DNA of 64,000 bases. It comes from Hydrolagus colliei. Its lineage: Eukaryota. Below the pieces are notes generated by a model. It searched no databases, was not told the DNA's origin, and saw nothing but the letters and a program-made list of their open reading frames with translations. Each line of letters starts with the position of its first letter. Position 1 is the stretch's first letter. The translations under genes were made by a program, and so were the position numbers. Shown here piece after piece: positions 28,138 to 42,300 of the stretch. The stretch spans positions 6,138,001 to 6,202,000 of the forward strand of contig CM068756.1 of assembly GCA_035084275.1 (NCBI GenBank), in the 5' to 3' direction.

Positions 28138-28420
28138 TGGCTCAGTTGGTACCAGCCTCTCCTCCAAGTCAGTGCGTTCAAGCTCCTCATTGGGATTTTT
28201 GAGCTCATCGTCTAAGATGAAAAGAGAAGAAAGTTTCTCTGAACATCCTGCAGATGAATAGTTTTCTTTATAAAATTATTAATTTATTTCATGACTGTTT
28301 GTGGGACGCTGCTGTGGAGACAAATTGGTTGCCAAGTTTGAGCAAAAGTCACGACACTTTACAGTCAATCCTGCAAAGCGTTTCAATGACAGGATATCAA
28401 ACGCAAGGGTTATTCTTATT
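28138..28420 (+). mobile_element. DeuSINE-like element with internal deletion
   Basis: Head tggctcagttggtacc...gttcaagctcc...gagctcatcgtctaag; 3' part ctgtttgtgggacgctgctgtgg..caaattggttgcc...gcaaagcgttt. Confidence 0.65.
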
Positions 28421-30489
28421 AGTCAATGTTTCACTAAAATTATATTGTTTTTGCTTCTTCAAAAGCTATTTTCACCTCTTCAGCAACGTAAGTAATTTGC
28501 GATCGTCCACTTCCCAATGAAGATGAAGTGCTCCAGGATACAGTTTCTCAAAACTGATGCAATTCTCAACTAATAGCAATCAATAATGTGCGCTTTGCCA
28601 GGGATAGTGAGTATTCCTGCCAATTCTTTTCTTCCTGCAGAGTTGGTCAGTCTTTCATCGTATGGTATTGCAGGCAGCAACCTCAACAAGATCTGATGAA
28701 ACTCACGCTGGAGAGAGTTAAGGTCAAATGTCAGTCAACAGTGTAATTCAAACCTGGATCCCTATCATGGGAGTTCAGTGTGACAGTGCTCCAGTCGACA
28801 GATGCCCCGTGTAAGTCATACTATTCTGGCTGTAAAAGACGAAAAGTCCAGATCCAGTATTTACATCAGTCCATTTCAGCTGTTCTCATGTAACATGCAA
28901 GTCAGTACTTGAGGAACTTACGGTCGCAAAACAAACCGTCTCTATGTTAAATTATTAAAATTTGGTTGCTTAAAAGTCTGCCTTGGTAATAATGGAGGGG
29001 AATGTCTATGTACACTTAAAAACAGGGACCATGTTATAGTCAAGAGTTCCAATAGTTGAGAACCGAATTAGCCCAGTTACACTGCATGCGATGAGATTTG
29101 TGGAGATGAGGTGTGCATCGTTCTGCCACTAGGCGTGGGAGACTAAAATTAATGAAGCTGTTTCCGTTGCTCTGACCTGACACTGCATTTCAGGCAGGAT
29201 GACTTCTGTAAATACCCAGAACTCCTCCAAATCGTATCAAAAGCAGGTAAACAGCAATTTTACTTCACATTCACTGTCGATTCAAAACAGAAACCACATC
29301 AAATCAACACTAACATTACAGTCAAGCCGAGGAATTAAAGAATCCAAGATCCCTGTGTAATTGTGTCATTTATTTAGTCTGTCTTGCGATTAAGGTGGAT
29401 GTTAAGGGATTTTCCCCTTTCCTCCATTTCAAAGGAACATGGAGATTTTCCCTTGTTTCTCTGGTTTATATTCCCTCCCAATTTCAACCAAATTCACCTT
29501 CTATTCAATTTAATTGGCAACTCATCTCATTGTTCAGAGGCACAAATTAGCTGCTGTGTTTGCGTACAGAATTTTTCATTTAATTTCTAATCAATCTTAT
29601 TTTGTAAAGCGCTTCGAGACATTTCCAACTAGAAAAGCACGTGGACAAGCTTTCATTGTTCTTAATAAATAAATGCCTTGGGTGATGGAATTTATTTCTT
29701 CACAAAATCCAAGACTAAAATGCAAGCAATCAATGATCCAAGAGACCCCTAAAAACTTCATAGGACTATCCTGAACAAAATGTTTGATAGAGCTTTTAAA
29801 CAACCAGCCAACCCTTCGCCCACTGAAAGCACTTCAACCTGTAATAAAAATGTAGAAATGGAATAAGGGATACAAGCCTCTGGTGTAAAAGTTGTGTGAA
29901 ATAATTTAGAGACGCTTATGCTATGCCAAACAATGAGGAATTTTTTAGGAATGCGTTTGCTTCCTGATATTTAATTGATTAAAACCAGCTTTGGGGATTC
30001 GTCTTTGAGCCCACACTGGAGTGGTGTCTCTCTGTATCGATATCCTGCAGATGTCATTGTTTAAGATGATCGCTGCTTTTTGCCGTCGTGCAGACAGCGC
30101 TCACAAGCTTCCAACTCCACTACACAGCACTCTAGTCAGAAAAGGCAGCATGTGGACTAGTGCCCAGTGTATATACTCCTGGAAGTGAAGCAATATCACA
30201 TACAGCAGTAAAATGATGGGGAATTGGAAGCCTGATTTATATTTGCTTTTCCTAATGACTTTGGCTGGTGGCTGAGGAGTGTTCTGCGCAGGCACAACAC
30301 CTAAGTGCAAGACTACACAGCTCCACTAACGGGTGGTTATTTTAAAACATGAAATAATAGTCTGTTCAAAGTTCTTGGGTGGTCCATTTGACCACCCACG
30401 AATGTTTTAAGCAATCGTTGTCTGAGCTCAGCTTGAATCAAATAGCACCACTTGCACTGGGCATTCATTCTGGAGATGGTTCTGCTTTA

Positions 30490-30722
30490 AATCTCCACCT
30501 GATCTCGCCTATCACTGGTGGGTGAGCTTTAAGCCACTCTGTCCCCACTCTCGGGATCTCCATCCCAGAGATCTTCTGTCTTACCCCCTTCATCTCTACC
30601 TGCAAAAACCCACCTTAAGACCTATCTTTTCATACTGCTCTTTCAAACACCTTTCCTTCCCACCTGAGTTCCTTCCCAGTCAACACTGTAAAGAGCTTTG
30701 AGATTTTCTCCTGACACGAAAG
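30490..30722 (+). mobile_element. L2 3' fragment
   Basis: actggtgggtgagctttaagccactctgtcccc...caccttaagacctatcttttc...ctttgagattttctcctgacacgaaag. Confidence 0.7.
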
Positions 30723-32904
30723 TCACTAAACGCAAACCAATGTGCCTGCAGAACCCCCTTCTGAAGGGCAACTCTGGGAGAATGGCCTCAGTTCCATTGT
30801 GGGGTTGATTCCTGATTTATCCTGCAGCAAATCACAACACAGAGTTCACTTTGCTAAGCACAGAACTAAACAGGCATTAAATGTGTGTGCAGAGTGGAGT
30901 TGAAAAGTGCTGGTGGAATAGATGTCTCTTTTCAAACATTACACATTTAAAGGTACAGTAGTTCAGCGTGCTTTAATTTCAAATGTACCTGGTTGTAGTT
31001 TTTACTATAACTGGGGTGAAACCAAAGTGGTGTGGGACTACCTCCTGGAGATGATTCTGCTTCAGTTATTTCTATGAGTCTGTTGTTTCACTCTGGCTTC
31101 TTTTCAGTAGCTTATTTCTTGTTTACTGGCCTTGCTCCTTCCAAGCCTATTCTGCAGGAAGCTCTGATTATGTGGGTACAAACTATCAAGCTCAACCGCA
31201 TCCCAGGCCAGCAATCAAACACTGGGAATTGCTCTTCAGACTCCATGAAATAAGGAATAAGGACAGAAATATAGCAACAATCTCCACAGTTACTTTTTGA
31301 AATAAAAATTAGTTTTAAATTGCAAATACTAAAATAATACTATCAATTTAGAGGTATGTGTACATAATTTTTTGTTAAAAAATTCCACAATAAAACAGAA
31401 GGCTTTAGCAGCAAAGAGTTTGGATTTGCAAAATTGTATACTTTTCTTTGTGTTAACTGGACACAGACAATCAGGTCTCCTCTCATAACTAGTTCTTCTC
31501 AGATCTGATTCACTGATGTTGAGGTTGGGGCTTCGAAAGACTTATTCAACTCTGGTGTGAAAGAATCTTGCCATCGTGTTTGGGATAATATCTTTAACTA
31601 TTTTAACTCCCAACATATTTGGAAGAGTTAGAAGTCAATGTTCCTTTCACCAGAACCAAGACATCACAATGCAACTGTTCTTGATTGATCTGATGTGTAT
31701 TTATGTGTAGTAGTTTGCCAGCCTATGTGTCAAAAATAAGTCACAGAGACTATCTCTACAAAACAGAAATCCCTTCACAGCAATATGCACTGTGTCCAGC
31801 AAAAACTATCACTATTGGATTATCATGTATGGAAGTGACCCAATAATGCAGGATCTGGCCCACCAGCTCCATAAAAAGTTGTTGATCCAGTGACGCGCCT
31901 TTTTGCGAGAGTGTGGCTTAGTAATTAATGGATAGATGCCAAGATGGAACCTCACACTACGGCAGAACGTGTGGCGGTGGAAACAATTGACCTAGTCAGC
32001 TAGCACCATGGCACAAGCCCTCATATCTCCCAACCATGGAAAGACTGGTGATGTGGGATTTGGATAAACTGGAGCCCAGATCACTGATGTGAGGCTATTC
32101 TGAATGCTTCAAATGACAAAACCAGGTTAAAAAAAAAATACTACAAGTTGGAGACACCTCAGACCCATGGATTGAATATTACAGGCAGTTTGGTGAACAT
32201 TTGAGGCAATTCATTCCTCTCACCCCCAAATTCCGAGACTTGTACAATGGATCACATAATGCGCCGTTATTTCAAAATTATTTTAAATCAGCCTCCAGTA
32301 TTCTCTAGACTGCTTTTGGAAAGAGAAAAGAAGTCTGAAACATCACTAGTTATTGACCCCAATATTCTATTGGAATTTCAGTCAATGGACCAAACAGCAT
32401 ATGCAACATTCTCATCCTGATTTAAGGTCTGCATGCACATCAAAGACCACTGCTGCAATTAAAGCTTTAGTAGGTAATATTTATTGGCCCCATTAATAGC
32501 ATCTACCGAGCGTAGACCTAAACTATGTGTTGAACGGATGCCAACTGCCTCTGATTCTGTTAATTAATCTGCCGTTTAGAGCGAAGAAACAGCTGTACAG
32601 GTCTCAGGGATGACATGCCAAAGGGACAGTGATGTTGTGCCTGTGATAGAAAGAGTTCTCTAATATTGTGCAGTGGAGACAATGAAGCTAAACGCAAGAT
32701 TGTACTGATGTACAGTACAGAAATATTTATGCCTAACCTGTTTTGGGAAGTTCTTCAAAATTCAGTGTGAAATATATTAATAAAAGCTGATGCTGACGTT
32801 GGAACGAATTGCATGATTTGAAAGCAGAGCCCAGAAGGTGTAGAACAGTCATAATTGGATTGTTTCTAGAGGACGTTCATAATTAGGATGCTTTGAAAGC
32901 ATAA

Positions 32905-33100
32905 AATCTTCACATCGAAGAATCTTGCAGCATGAACAAAAGTCATTTGTCCCATCATGTCTGTGCTGCTTCTCTGGGTAAAAAACACCCTTCCATTTAG
33001 GTCTCAATTCCCTGCTCTTTCCCTGTAGATTTTATATTAGTCTTTTTCAATTATACTTCCAAATCAAAGGTTGAAAGAGGTGAAAGTCTTTTATTTTCAC
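32905..33100 (-). mobile_element. CR1 3' UTR tail fragment
   Basis: catttgtcccatcatgtctgtgctgcttct...ccctgctctttccctgtag. Confidence 0.55.
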
Positions 33101-33209
33101 CACGATGGCATTCACACTGAAGTGGCTGAACGATGCTTTCTCAACTTGAAATAAATTAAAGCTTATAATAGAATTGTTACTCATCACAATGAGGGGAGGA
33201 AACATTCCC

Positions 33210-34030
33210 TGTCTGTGACACTATGTTTGGTGCAGTATAAATGAGAAGAGTCCGGCCAGATATGGATAGATTAGGTTTTGACAAATGGTTTAATGTCATT
33301 TAAAGTGAACAAATGCCACGTGATAAGATTTGGGAAAAGAATAAATGGTGGGAATAACAGATAAACACCACGTAGGAGAGGGAATTTTTGAGTACTGTTG
33401 ATCGATCTCCAAAAAATATCAGCAAAGTGAAGACAGTAAACAAGATCTTGAGGTAATTTGTTCAACGGACAGAGCATTATTCTCAGAAAGTGATTGTGAA
33501 AGTGTACAGGACACTTGTCTGTCCCATTAAGAGTGCTGTATACAATTCTTGTTGCTGTATTGCAAGAAGGATATATTGGCATTGGAGAAAGTACAGCAAA
33601 AGACAACAAAATTGATAGCTTGAATTAGCCACCTGAGTTGCCAGGAAAGGCTATGAAAGCTAGGAATACTTGTTCTGGAGAGGAGAAGGCTCAGGGGAGA
33701 TTTTGAAATATTCAAGCTCTTAAAAGGTATAGATAAAATGAACCCTAATAATGTTTAACGTAGTCGAGAAATGTGCAAGGGGACATGGACTCAAGCTCAG
33801 AAGAGAGAAGTTGAACAGACAGTTCAGATTTAATTACTTTACACAGAGAGAGTGGTGAATGTGTGGAATGGAGACAGCAGAGGCAGATTGTGTCAGCAAA
33901 TTCAATAGGGAATTAGATAGCTATTTGGCGAAGAAATCAACTGAGAGGGATGAGAGATGGAGTAGTGTAGCACTCTTTTTTTGGGGAGCTTTGGGATTGT
34001 TGAGATAGCTTGCAATGATCTTTTCCAGTC
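33210..34030 (+). mobile_element. CR1 LINE 3' fragment (decayed ORF2 C-terminus and 3' UTR)
   Basis: Frames give DMDRL, FKVNKCHVIRFGK, YRTLV, KKDILALEKVQ, LERRRLRGD and RGHGLKL, the CR1 ORF2 signature, interrupted by stops and frameshifts. Confidence 0.9.
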
Positions 34031-34494
34031 CCAAATCTTCACTTTAATTTGCATATTTCCCATTTTGCACTGATTACCTTGCTTTCCACAATTGTTAACA
34101 TCGCTCTATCCAAATCGCTTTTTTTTTTAGCAAATATCACCTGAACTAATGCTTGTACAATATTGTGTACAGTATGCAGTAGATCCTGAACACCAAACTG
34201 AATGCTTCTCCAGCTTGTGTCATTCTTTCTGTTAGACGCTCCAAGTCACATGCCACCATGCCTTCTACCCAGTTTACATGTGAAGGCTGACCTCCCTCCA
34301 AAAACACTACTGGGTGCAAATATAGTGGATCTTCTCCCATCTTCCAGTGAGCATTGTCCACATCTCTATTTGTGCACTGATTGTTCCTTTTGGCACTCAA
34401 TTGACTGTTTTAGAAACGTTAACTATGCATTATTACTGGTACAGGATTATTGGCTCCTATGATTCTGTTAATACAAATGCCCTGGAATTCCCAA

Positions 34495-34670
34495 TCTTAA
34501 AGGCCATACAGGCAGCATTAGCACATTTAAACGAAAGGTAGATTTTGTTTTAGCAGGTAAGGATATTAAGGAGTATGGAGAAAAGGCTGGGAAATGACAT
34601 TAAAAGATGTGCCATCATCTAATAAAAAAAAGCTCAGAGGCCTGAGTGTCCATCATTGCTATGTTCCCAT
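34495..34670 (+). mobile_element. CR1 3' end fragment
   Basis: catttaaacgaaaggtagat...aaggatattaaggagtatggagaaaaggctgggaaatg...gccatcatctaat. Confidence 0.65.
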
Positions 34671-35288
34671 AACACTTTATTCTTACAATTTTGGTTGCGT
34701 TCCTTCAGAACTATAATTTATGCTATTATTTACGCTTGGTTTCAAAAGAGAATTTATGCTATCATTTCAATCATAATCGGTCATGTCCAGTATTTTAAGA
34801 CATTTACACAGACGCAAATCTGAATGTCTTCTATAAACAAGTCAGTTAACATCCCAAACTGTAAACATTGATTTCTTCTAAAGCATTATAAACAACCTAT
34901 AGGGCCAAGGCTAATAAGTCTGAATTTAAACTGCCCTTCCAAAATTCTTCAGGTTTTTTTTAATGACTGGTTTATAAACAAATGATGTCTTGAATGCCTA
35001 TAATTAGCTTAATTAAATATTACAAAATGTCATGGAAGAATTCTTCCCATAATTATTGTGGGATAAATGGTGCTTCTGGAATCAACCTCCTAAACTACCA
35101 GGTATATCATTTAATTATGTTGTTAGTTTTGAATCTAACCCTATATTTGGAAACAAAAAATGGAAAGTGATAAACATAAACGCATGGAAGCAAACTCTGG
35201 AGAAGAAGTAGGAGAACAAAAAGGATTTTAAACCTCCAATTGTGAACAAAAGATTGTACTTCAGCCAATGGCTTGAAACCATCTTGAG

Positions 35289-35328
35289 GGGTGGAGGTGG
35301 CGATGGTGGTGGAGGTGGAGGTGGAGGT
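35289..35328. repeat. (GGTGGA)n-like short repeat
   Basis: ggtggaggtggcgatggtggtggaggtggaggtggagg. Confidence 0.8.
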
Positions 35329-36224
35329 TCAAATCATTTCAAGGAACTCATTAAAGCAGCCTTTAAAGAGAAATTGCCCAAATATTCTGCAGCTGAGAAG
35401 GTATTTTAACCGATGTGGGTTGTGCATCTCTGCTTTGATTTGACTGTGCTTATTGTTGGTATGATTCCAAGTGTCATGGAACAAGCCTAGATAAACCTCC
35501 TCAGCTCATAGGGCACCAACTTGACAATGTCCATCCTCTTTCGAGCACATGCTCTGTGCACTGGCCAGCTTTTGAAACACGATCCAATGTCACAACGTCA
35601 AGGCAGAGTTCTCCTTGCTGCTCTAATAGAGCGAGGTGTAAGTGTTTATTCCCAAGATCATCATTTTCAAATCCTGTACATGTTACAATTCAGGAAAAGC
35701 TGGACGTGTGGTCAAAGGTTCCCCTCAAGTCTTCATTTTTTTTTACTGGAATGTGCCCTTATGTTTCCAAAGGCTAATGCATTTTTAAATGACAATCTCT
35801 GAAATATTGCATAATCTGAAATCACGCGGGGCACCATGCTGTAAGTTTGTATGAGGTTGATCAGCTTCCACATTCATACAGCGAGAATGTACAATGTAAA
35901 ATCTTATATGTTTTGGTATGTAAATAAAGTTTCCTGTAATTTCATGGTGTGCTTAACCTCAAGAGTATCATTATTCCATTACTGTAAGTTATGTCCAGCC
36001 AGGAGTATCCTGTAAGTGTGTGGAAGGAGCTGGGTGTTTTCAGCAGAATACCGTGCGGTGGTGGTCGGAACAAAAGGGTAAGGTTTCAGTGCGGGTTAGC
36101 GGAGGACAGACCAGAGTCCGGAATTCCGGAAGTCAGCGTTCCTTCCAGCGACTTTGCGATTAGAACAGGAGAGGCAAACAGCATCAATCTTGTCACATTG
36201 AATGCCGACAAGAATTTCAGCTAA

Positions 36225-36345
36225 CTAACGCATGTTTTGCCCACAAAACACACAATCGTGTATACACTTTACCGTGTATTCTATGAAGCGTTTTGAGACG
36301 TCTGAAAAGCATGATAAAGCGCTATACCAAATACAACAACAATGA
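36225..36345 (+). mobile_element. SINE-type 3' tail (variant), preceded by an unrelated CpG-rich segment
   Basis: gcccacaaaa...tattctatgaagcgttttgagacgtctgaaaagcatgataaagcgctatacc; similar to 63661-63755 and to the family A tail. Confidence 0.7.
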
Positions 36346-39300
36346 TAATTAAATTACATTTGTGCAGCACCTTTCTTGTCGGAAGGATGTCCCAACGCAA
36401 GAATCATTATTATTATACATGCACCCAATTAATGTGACATCTCCAGCTCTGTAATTCTCTTCTATCATTTCTTTGGTGAGACACGAGCCTCGTGGCGGAC
36501 CCAAGGGCGACTGTGAAATTGGCCATAGCTATGGAACTGGTTTGTCACCTTTGTTTCCAGCCAGCAACTAGCATTCCAAAGCACTGTGCAGATGCTGTGT
36601 CCTGTGTGTCCTACAAAGAAATGGTAACTTGCCTTGGGGGAATTTGAGTTGTAGAGTGGTCCAGTTTAACTATCCACAGGTTCTGTGGTTATTCACTCCC
36701 TCCTGCATTGTATTCCGGTGCCAAAATGCCAGCAGCGGATTGAAAGCATGCCATAACATCACCAGGATTACGGTTCACACATGCTTCCATAATACTCCAA
36801 GTGGAATAAATGTGTTTGCAATATGCTGTGAAAGATTACTTGTACTTTCACCAACAGGGCTGGTGTTATAACGAATGCAGGACCAGATTCTATCCATAGC
36901 TTAAATGGCTAAAAATATCATGAGCTCCCTTTTGCATCAGTGTTCGGCTGGCACCTCTGCGTTCTTGCTGTGGCACCCTGCTGAGTGTACAGTTCTTTAC
37001 ATATCTTCACGGTCAGCTCGCATCACTTAACACATCATTGCAATCTTAACCCACAAGAGAAAGCCCACAATGTAGGGTGCTCTTTCCAAAAATAAGTTTT
37101 GAACACAGAAGAGGGACATCATGATACCAAATCAAATCATCTCTTTTTTTTTCTGTTTAAGGCAATCAGAATTCAATTGCTCAGATTGTTGTTACTTAGC
37201 TTCTTGCAAAAAGTTGGTATTGGGGTTTATTTGTCCTACTGTAGTTTAAGAGACAACTCCTTTGCCTTTGCTCCATTACTCCCCAAAATCCATACTTCAG
37301 AGCAGTATTTGTACTCTGTCGCTGTTACCATGAACTTCTTTAAGTTTAGGAACCCAATCAAAGCTGCCTCCCCATGGACTGCAAGTGGAGAAGCAAGTGG
37401 AGCATTTGTCTCACCAATAGTACAAAGGTTTAGCCACATTGCCATGCAACTGAAGTTCTCACATAACTCAAGCCGAAAAATGGGCTTTGTGTCTATTTAT
37501 AACCACTGAGCAGAGTATCACTGCCTGCAGTGCTCACTTAAGAAGTCTAAATGTTTGCCTTAAGACCATTCTTTCAACATTCAGGATTCTGCAGTCGCTT
37601 TGGGAAAGAGTCTTAAATTCAACATTAATCTAGAAAATAGGCTTCCGAATCAAGGCAATTCTTAACCATTATTTAATTCCCTGTGATCTTAAATTTAAAG
37701 ACAGTGGTCCGAAGCCTAAGAACAGAAGATTTGACTTCAGGGCTATAACGATTATATTTACAACAGTATTGGAAGTACAACAGTCGTATTTTAGAGGAAA
37801 CAAAATGCTTTAAGAATCAGTGAGTGATTCATAAACTCAGGCAACTACAAATAACAAAGTTCTTGTAAATCTTCCATTTTTGTCCTTCATGAACCCTGAT
37901 AATTGGGTATATCAGACTATTTAATTTCTGTGTGTTTTTAACATAGCCAGGAAGGAATGTTTTTTTTAAATAAAGACACTGGGGCATATTCTCTGTATGT
38001 GCTGGAATGTGACAAGAGTTATGCGCTGTTTCAAAACCTGAAAAATTATAATCACTGCTTCTAGCAATTAATTTCCCACAGAGAATAAAAGAGTGCAGTC
38101 TTAAGGAAATTTTAAAGCAGATTATCAAACAGCCAAACTCTTCCAAGAAATGCTGGGCCAATAGATATTAGCAATGAAAATCAAGACACGGGTTTCAGTG
38201 AATAAGATCTAATGTTACTTTTGCAGGATTTCCCTAATATTTGCAAATTCATTATGAATTAATTTGGCTATACAGAGAAATTGTGTGAAGGCACACACAG
38301 TATACAATTTTTTTTAGCAACAGAAGCTAATTTTTTTAATTGAATCATTGATTCACCAAAATGGGAAGCCAAATAAGAGAAGCTAAAAATATAAGATAAT
38401 AAATATACTGGCTGTATATAATGAGTCGGACAGAGCACGTCATCGGGGCTTATTTGACAATCGACTGCGCATCAAGTGAATCCGACAAGTTATAAACGGA
38501 CGAAGGTTTTGCTAAAATAAAGCTTCTTCCCTTTCATTTATTTCAGTGGTCAACTGTGTCATGGTTGATGTCATGGGGCACTGTTGACGCCTGTGGAGCA
38601 GCGCATAGCAACAGGCGTAATCACTGACGGTAACTATGGTGCTCTTTCACAGCTGTTCTTTCTAGAATTACAGGTTTAAGTAAATGACTTCAAATGAAAG
38701 AGATATTTTGGATGAAGAACTAAACATGCATTTACATGCTTTGGTATTCATTATTGACTACTTCCCCCCCGCCTTCCACTATTTATTTATTCAGTAAGTT
38801 CTCCTTATGAAGGTGTTATTACATTTTAGGATGGCCAGTTATCTGTTAGATTGTGGTCGGGATCTTAGAGTGCTGATAATTCAATGATAATTATTTTAAC
38901 TGATGCAATGGTGAAACCGGTTGCATAACATTTGGACAGTTTTACTTTCCCTCCCTCTCTTCTTCACGTATCAAGAACAGCTGGATTGCTAATAACTGAG
39001 GAGAAAGCTTGAAGAGGTTAGTAGATAAAATCAACCAATGGAGCTGTGTGTCTGCTTTTACGTGTTGCTAATTTCCTGGTGAGATGCCTGAACCACTGGA
39101 CCCTGTTGAGCAGTTTATCAGCTTATTGCCCATATCGAAGAACTGCAACTTTGAGTAACGAAGGAAAATAGCTTTCCTGTTCCACTTAAAGAAAATTATA
39201 CTGAAAATGTTCATCAAAATAGCTCTTAAGGCACCTGAATCATCACGACACTCATTTTGTAAGCTTTACTTGGGTTAATTCATTACTATGTTTCCTGCCT

Positions 39301-42300
39301 CAAAAGCTTCCATGACATTTGACCACTTAGTTTTCAACTCATTGGGAAACTAGTATAAAAGCAGCACTTTGTCAGTGGTGGGTAAGATGTAAATGTGTAA
39401 GACTGGAAAAGACCACCTCAATCCATCTGTTCAGTGGCATTTTCAAATATCATCTCTGCTGATCTCACTTACAACCCAGATAATCCGCTTCACTGTAAAA
39501 CATGATCCAATTCCCTTGTGCAAATGCCTGTATTACCCACTTCCACTCCATGGGCATAAGGTATTGAACTGAGGAGGAGATAAGTGAACCTTTAGGGAAA
39601 AAATTAAATACTTTCAACTCAAACAACTGTTCCCCTATAAATACATGAGGTAAAATTTCACCTGGGTCTATATTTACTCTATATGTAGATCTTGACACCC
39701 AACTGTTCAGCGCCTTGGGACTCCTCCCAACATGAAAGGCATCCTCAAGTGTAATTTTGTTCTTGTTGTATTACACATGAGGAAACAGAGTTTACCCTAA
39801 ACTTTGAACTACATACAGCTCCAAGTATATGCACACCACACTGGGAAAGTAATCCTGTTTGAGTTAATTGGGACTGATTTGGACGTTTTGCTTTCCATAA
39901 CCCTCTCAATTAAGCTTTTTTTTGCTGTACTAAAATGAATGGCACACTTGTTTGAAACTCATTGTAAGTTAAATCTCATGGCCAACTGCAGTCGTGCATG
40001 CAGTATTGGGGCAGGATTGATCCGCTGTTCAGATTATAGGCATCCTGGTGTTGATGGTATCAAAGTAAAAATCTATCCATGGAGGAAGAAAGTTCACCGG
40101 TCTGTTGGCCGACGGTTGAAGTCACCAATACAAGATTTCATAACATATTCAGCGAGATCAGATCAAATCCGTAATGAAATGTCTCATTTTCACTTGTAGG
40201 AATTTAAATTCCAGGCCCAAACTACATCAAACTTAATTCCACTCAAACAACTCAGTTAACAGCAACTTGGCCAAGTTCCAAGATGAGGCATTTTGCTGTG
40301 GCACAGCGTTGAGTGTGGGGAATGGTGATTCAGGGGGGTGGGGAGGGGGAGGAAAGGGAGGAAGAACAGAGAAGAGAAATAAAGAGAGGAACAAACACAC
40401 ATCTCCTATCAAACAGTCATAAACGGGAGCTTTGAAGTCACTGTGATCAAACTATCTCATTGCTGAATTTCAGTACCTTCCCAACGTGAAAGGTGCTATA
40501 CAAATGTAATTTTGTTGTTTGTTGTAAGGAGGAAGGAAGCCTGATGGAAAGTGAAAACAACGGTTATTGTATGATGCAAAATAGGGTGAGAAAGATAGAT
40601 AAACCAAACACAAACACTCAAAGAACATTTATATAACTCTTCTATCTCAACCCCCCATCCCTTTAAATATGATAATACATACCATATTCGGTAAACATTG
40701 TTAAACGTTTTCATTGCAGAAGCTTAGCTACCTAAACTCTGTACTTGAGCAAGATAACGCTTATATTCTGTGGCAAACAGACACAAGCCAAACATTGTTG
40801 TGCTAAAATAATTCAATAAAACAATAAAATCTAAATTTCACTCCCTAAATCAAAGCACTGATCTAACTGTAGAAGACAGGAGCATTAAGTGATAATGCAA
40901 CTTCATGTCCATCTAGGATTACTGAAATTTTATGTTGCAGGGTCTGACTTCAAATTTACATCTATTCTTCATCATCAATCTGCTTCCCTTCTGAAATGTA
41001 ACTCCGCTCAGGCTGGTAATATAAAAGGATATGAGGGGTAACTCGGCAGACGTCTCCACACTAACTGTAAGAGATAAATTAGTGACAGGTAAGGCTAAAA
41101 AAAACATAATTTAAGGGTCAAATATACTGGCAGTCAACTTCAGGAAGCCCTTTGAAAATTAGACTTGATTAAATAATCACTCTGGGAATAACACAGACAG
41201 GCCCTGCTGTTCAACAAAGCTTTAGCATTGGGGGGTGGGGGGGCGCAATCTGAGTTCCAATGACTTTTGGTATAACCTCATAATATTCATGAGTTTAGTA
41301 TATAATCAAGATTTTTTCACCACAATCTCTAATCTAAACAGATGGGACTGAAGTTGCTGAAACCACAAGCACCAGCAGGGGGAGAACTTGCTATAATACA
41401 TAGTTTATTAAATAAATCAGCTTGAATGTTTGAATCTGGTCCAACATATTTTGGCTGCTTGAGAGCTTTATAAAAATCTCACAAATAACCGCTAATGCTG
41501 AATAGAAAAACCATTTCAGATTCACGTAGCACTGCATATTACTGTCCAGTAATTGCCATTCTCATAAAGATGCTCTTGACATTTGTGCATTAAATGGATT
41601 CAGCTTTCTTGAGTTGGTTTGTTACAAAAGCAAGGTGGAGGCTAGTCCTATTAAATTGAGTTCGGACATCATCTGGCACAAACATGTTGACCATTTTCAG
41701 TAGTTGCAATGACCTTTCAATAAAGCTAGCGATTTGCTGCATTATGTAATAACAAGCTGAACTCCTGCCAGGTCATTAGATAGGCTTGCACCCCCATCAG
41801 CTTGACTGTAAGCACTTTCCCCAAATACTTAGTTGTGTACAACTCTTAGCACCACAAAACAGCATCAGCTTCTGTAAATCTTCTAAAAACACAAAGCAGC
41901 TTCAGCTTACAGAGCAGCAGTGATGAGAAGTCACATATGGTGTTCAGCTAAAACTGCTGAACCCTGTAGAGCTGTAATATAAAGTACATCAACGCTGTTT
42001 AGTTGCCAGTTTACTCTTGGTATATGCATTTTACCATTTCAGATTTTCCATTTGTTCCCTTCCAGATTTCTCCAAACTGTGAGCATTTCCCACAGAGTCA
42101 TCTGAATACAGAAGATAGGAAACTCATAAATTAGAAAAATTAGATTAGTGAAATTTAATTTACTCATACAGCTCATTACAGTTGAAGAAGGATTTGAACT
42201 TGAAGCAAAATGGGAGGGAAATGGCTTCTTCTGTTTTGATCTTTGTGTTTGCAATCCACATCCCATTTTTGTGCTTTTTTTCATTCCGACAATTAACATA

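Noticed and set aside
36117-36130. 14-bp palindromes (tccggaattccgga; also gtgagtcgactcac ~25425 and ggaatttaaattcc ~40199)
   Set aside because: Several palindromes with 7-bp arms are expected by chance in 64 kb.
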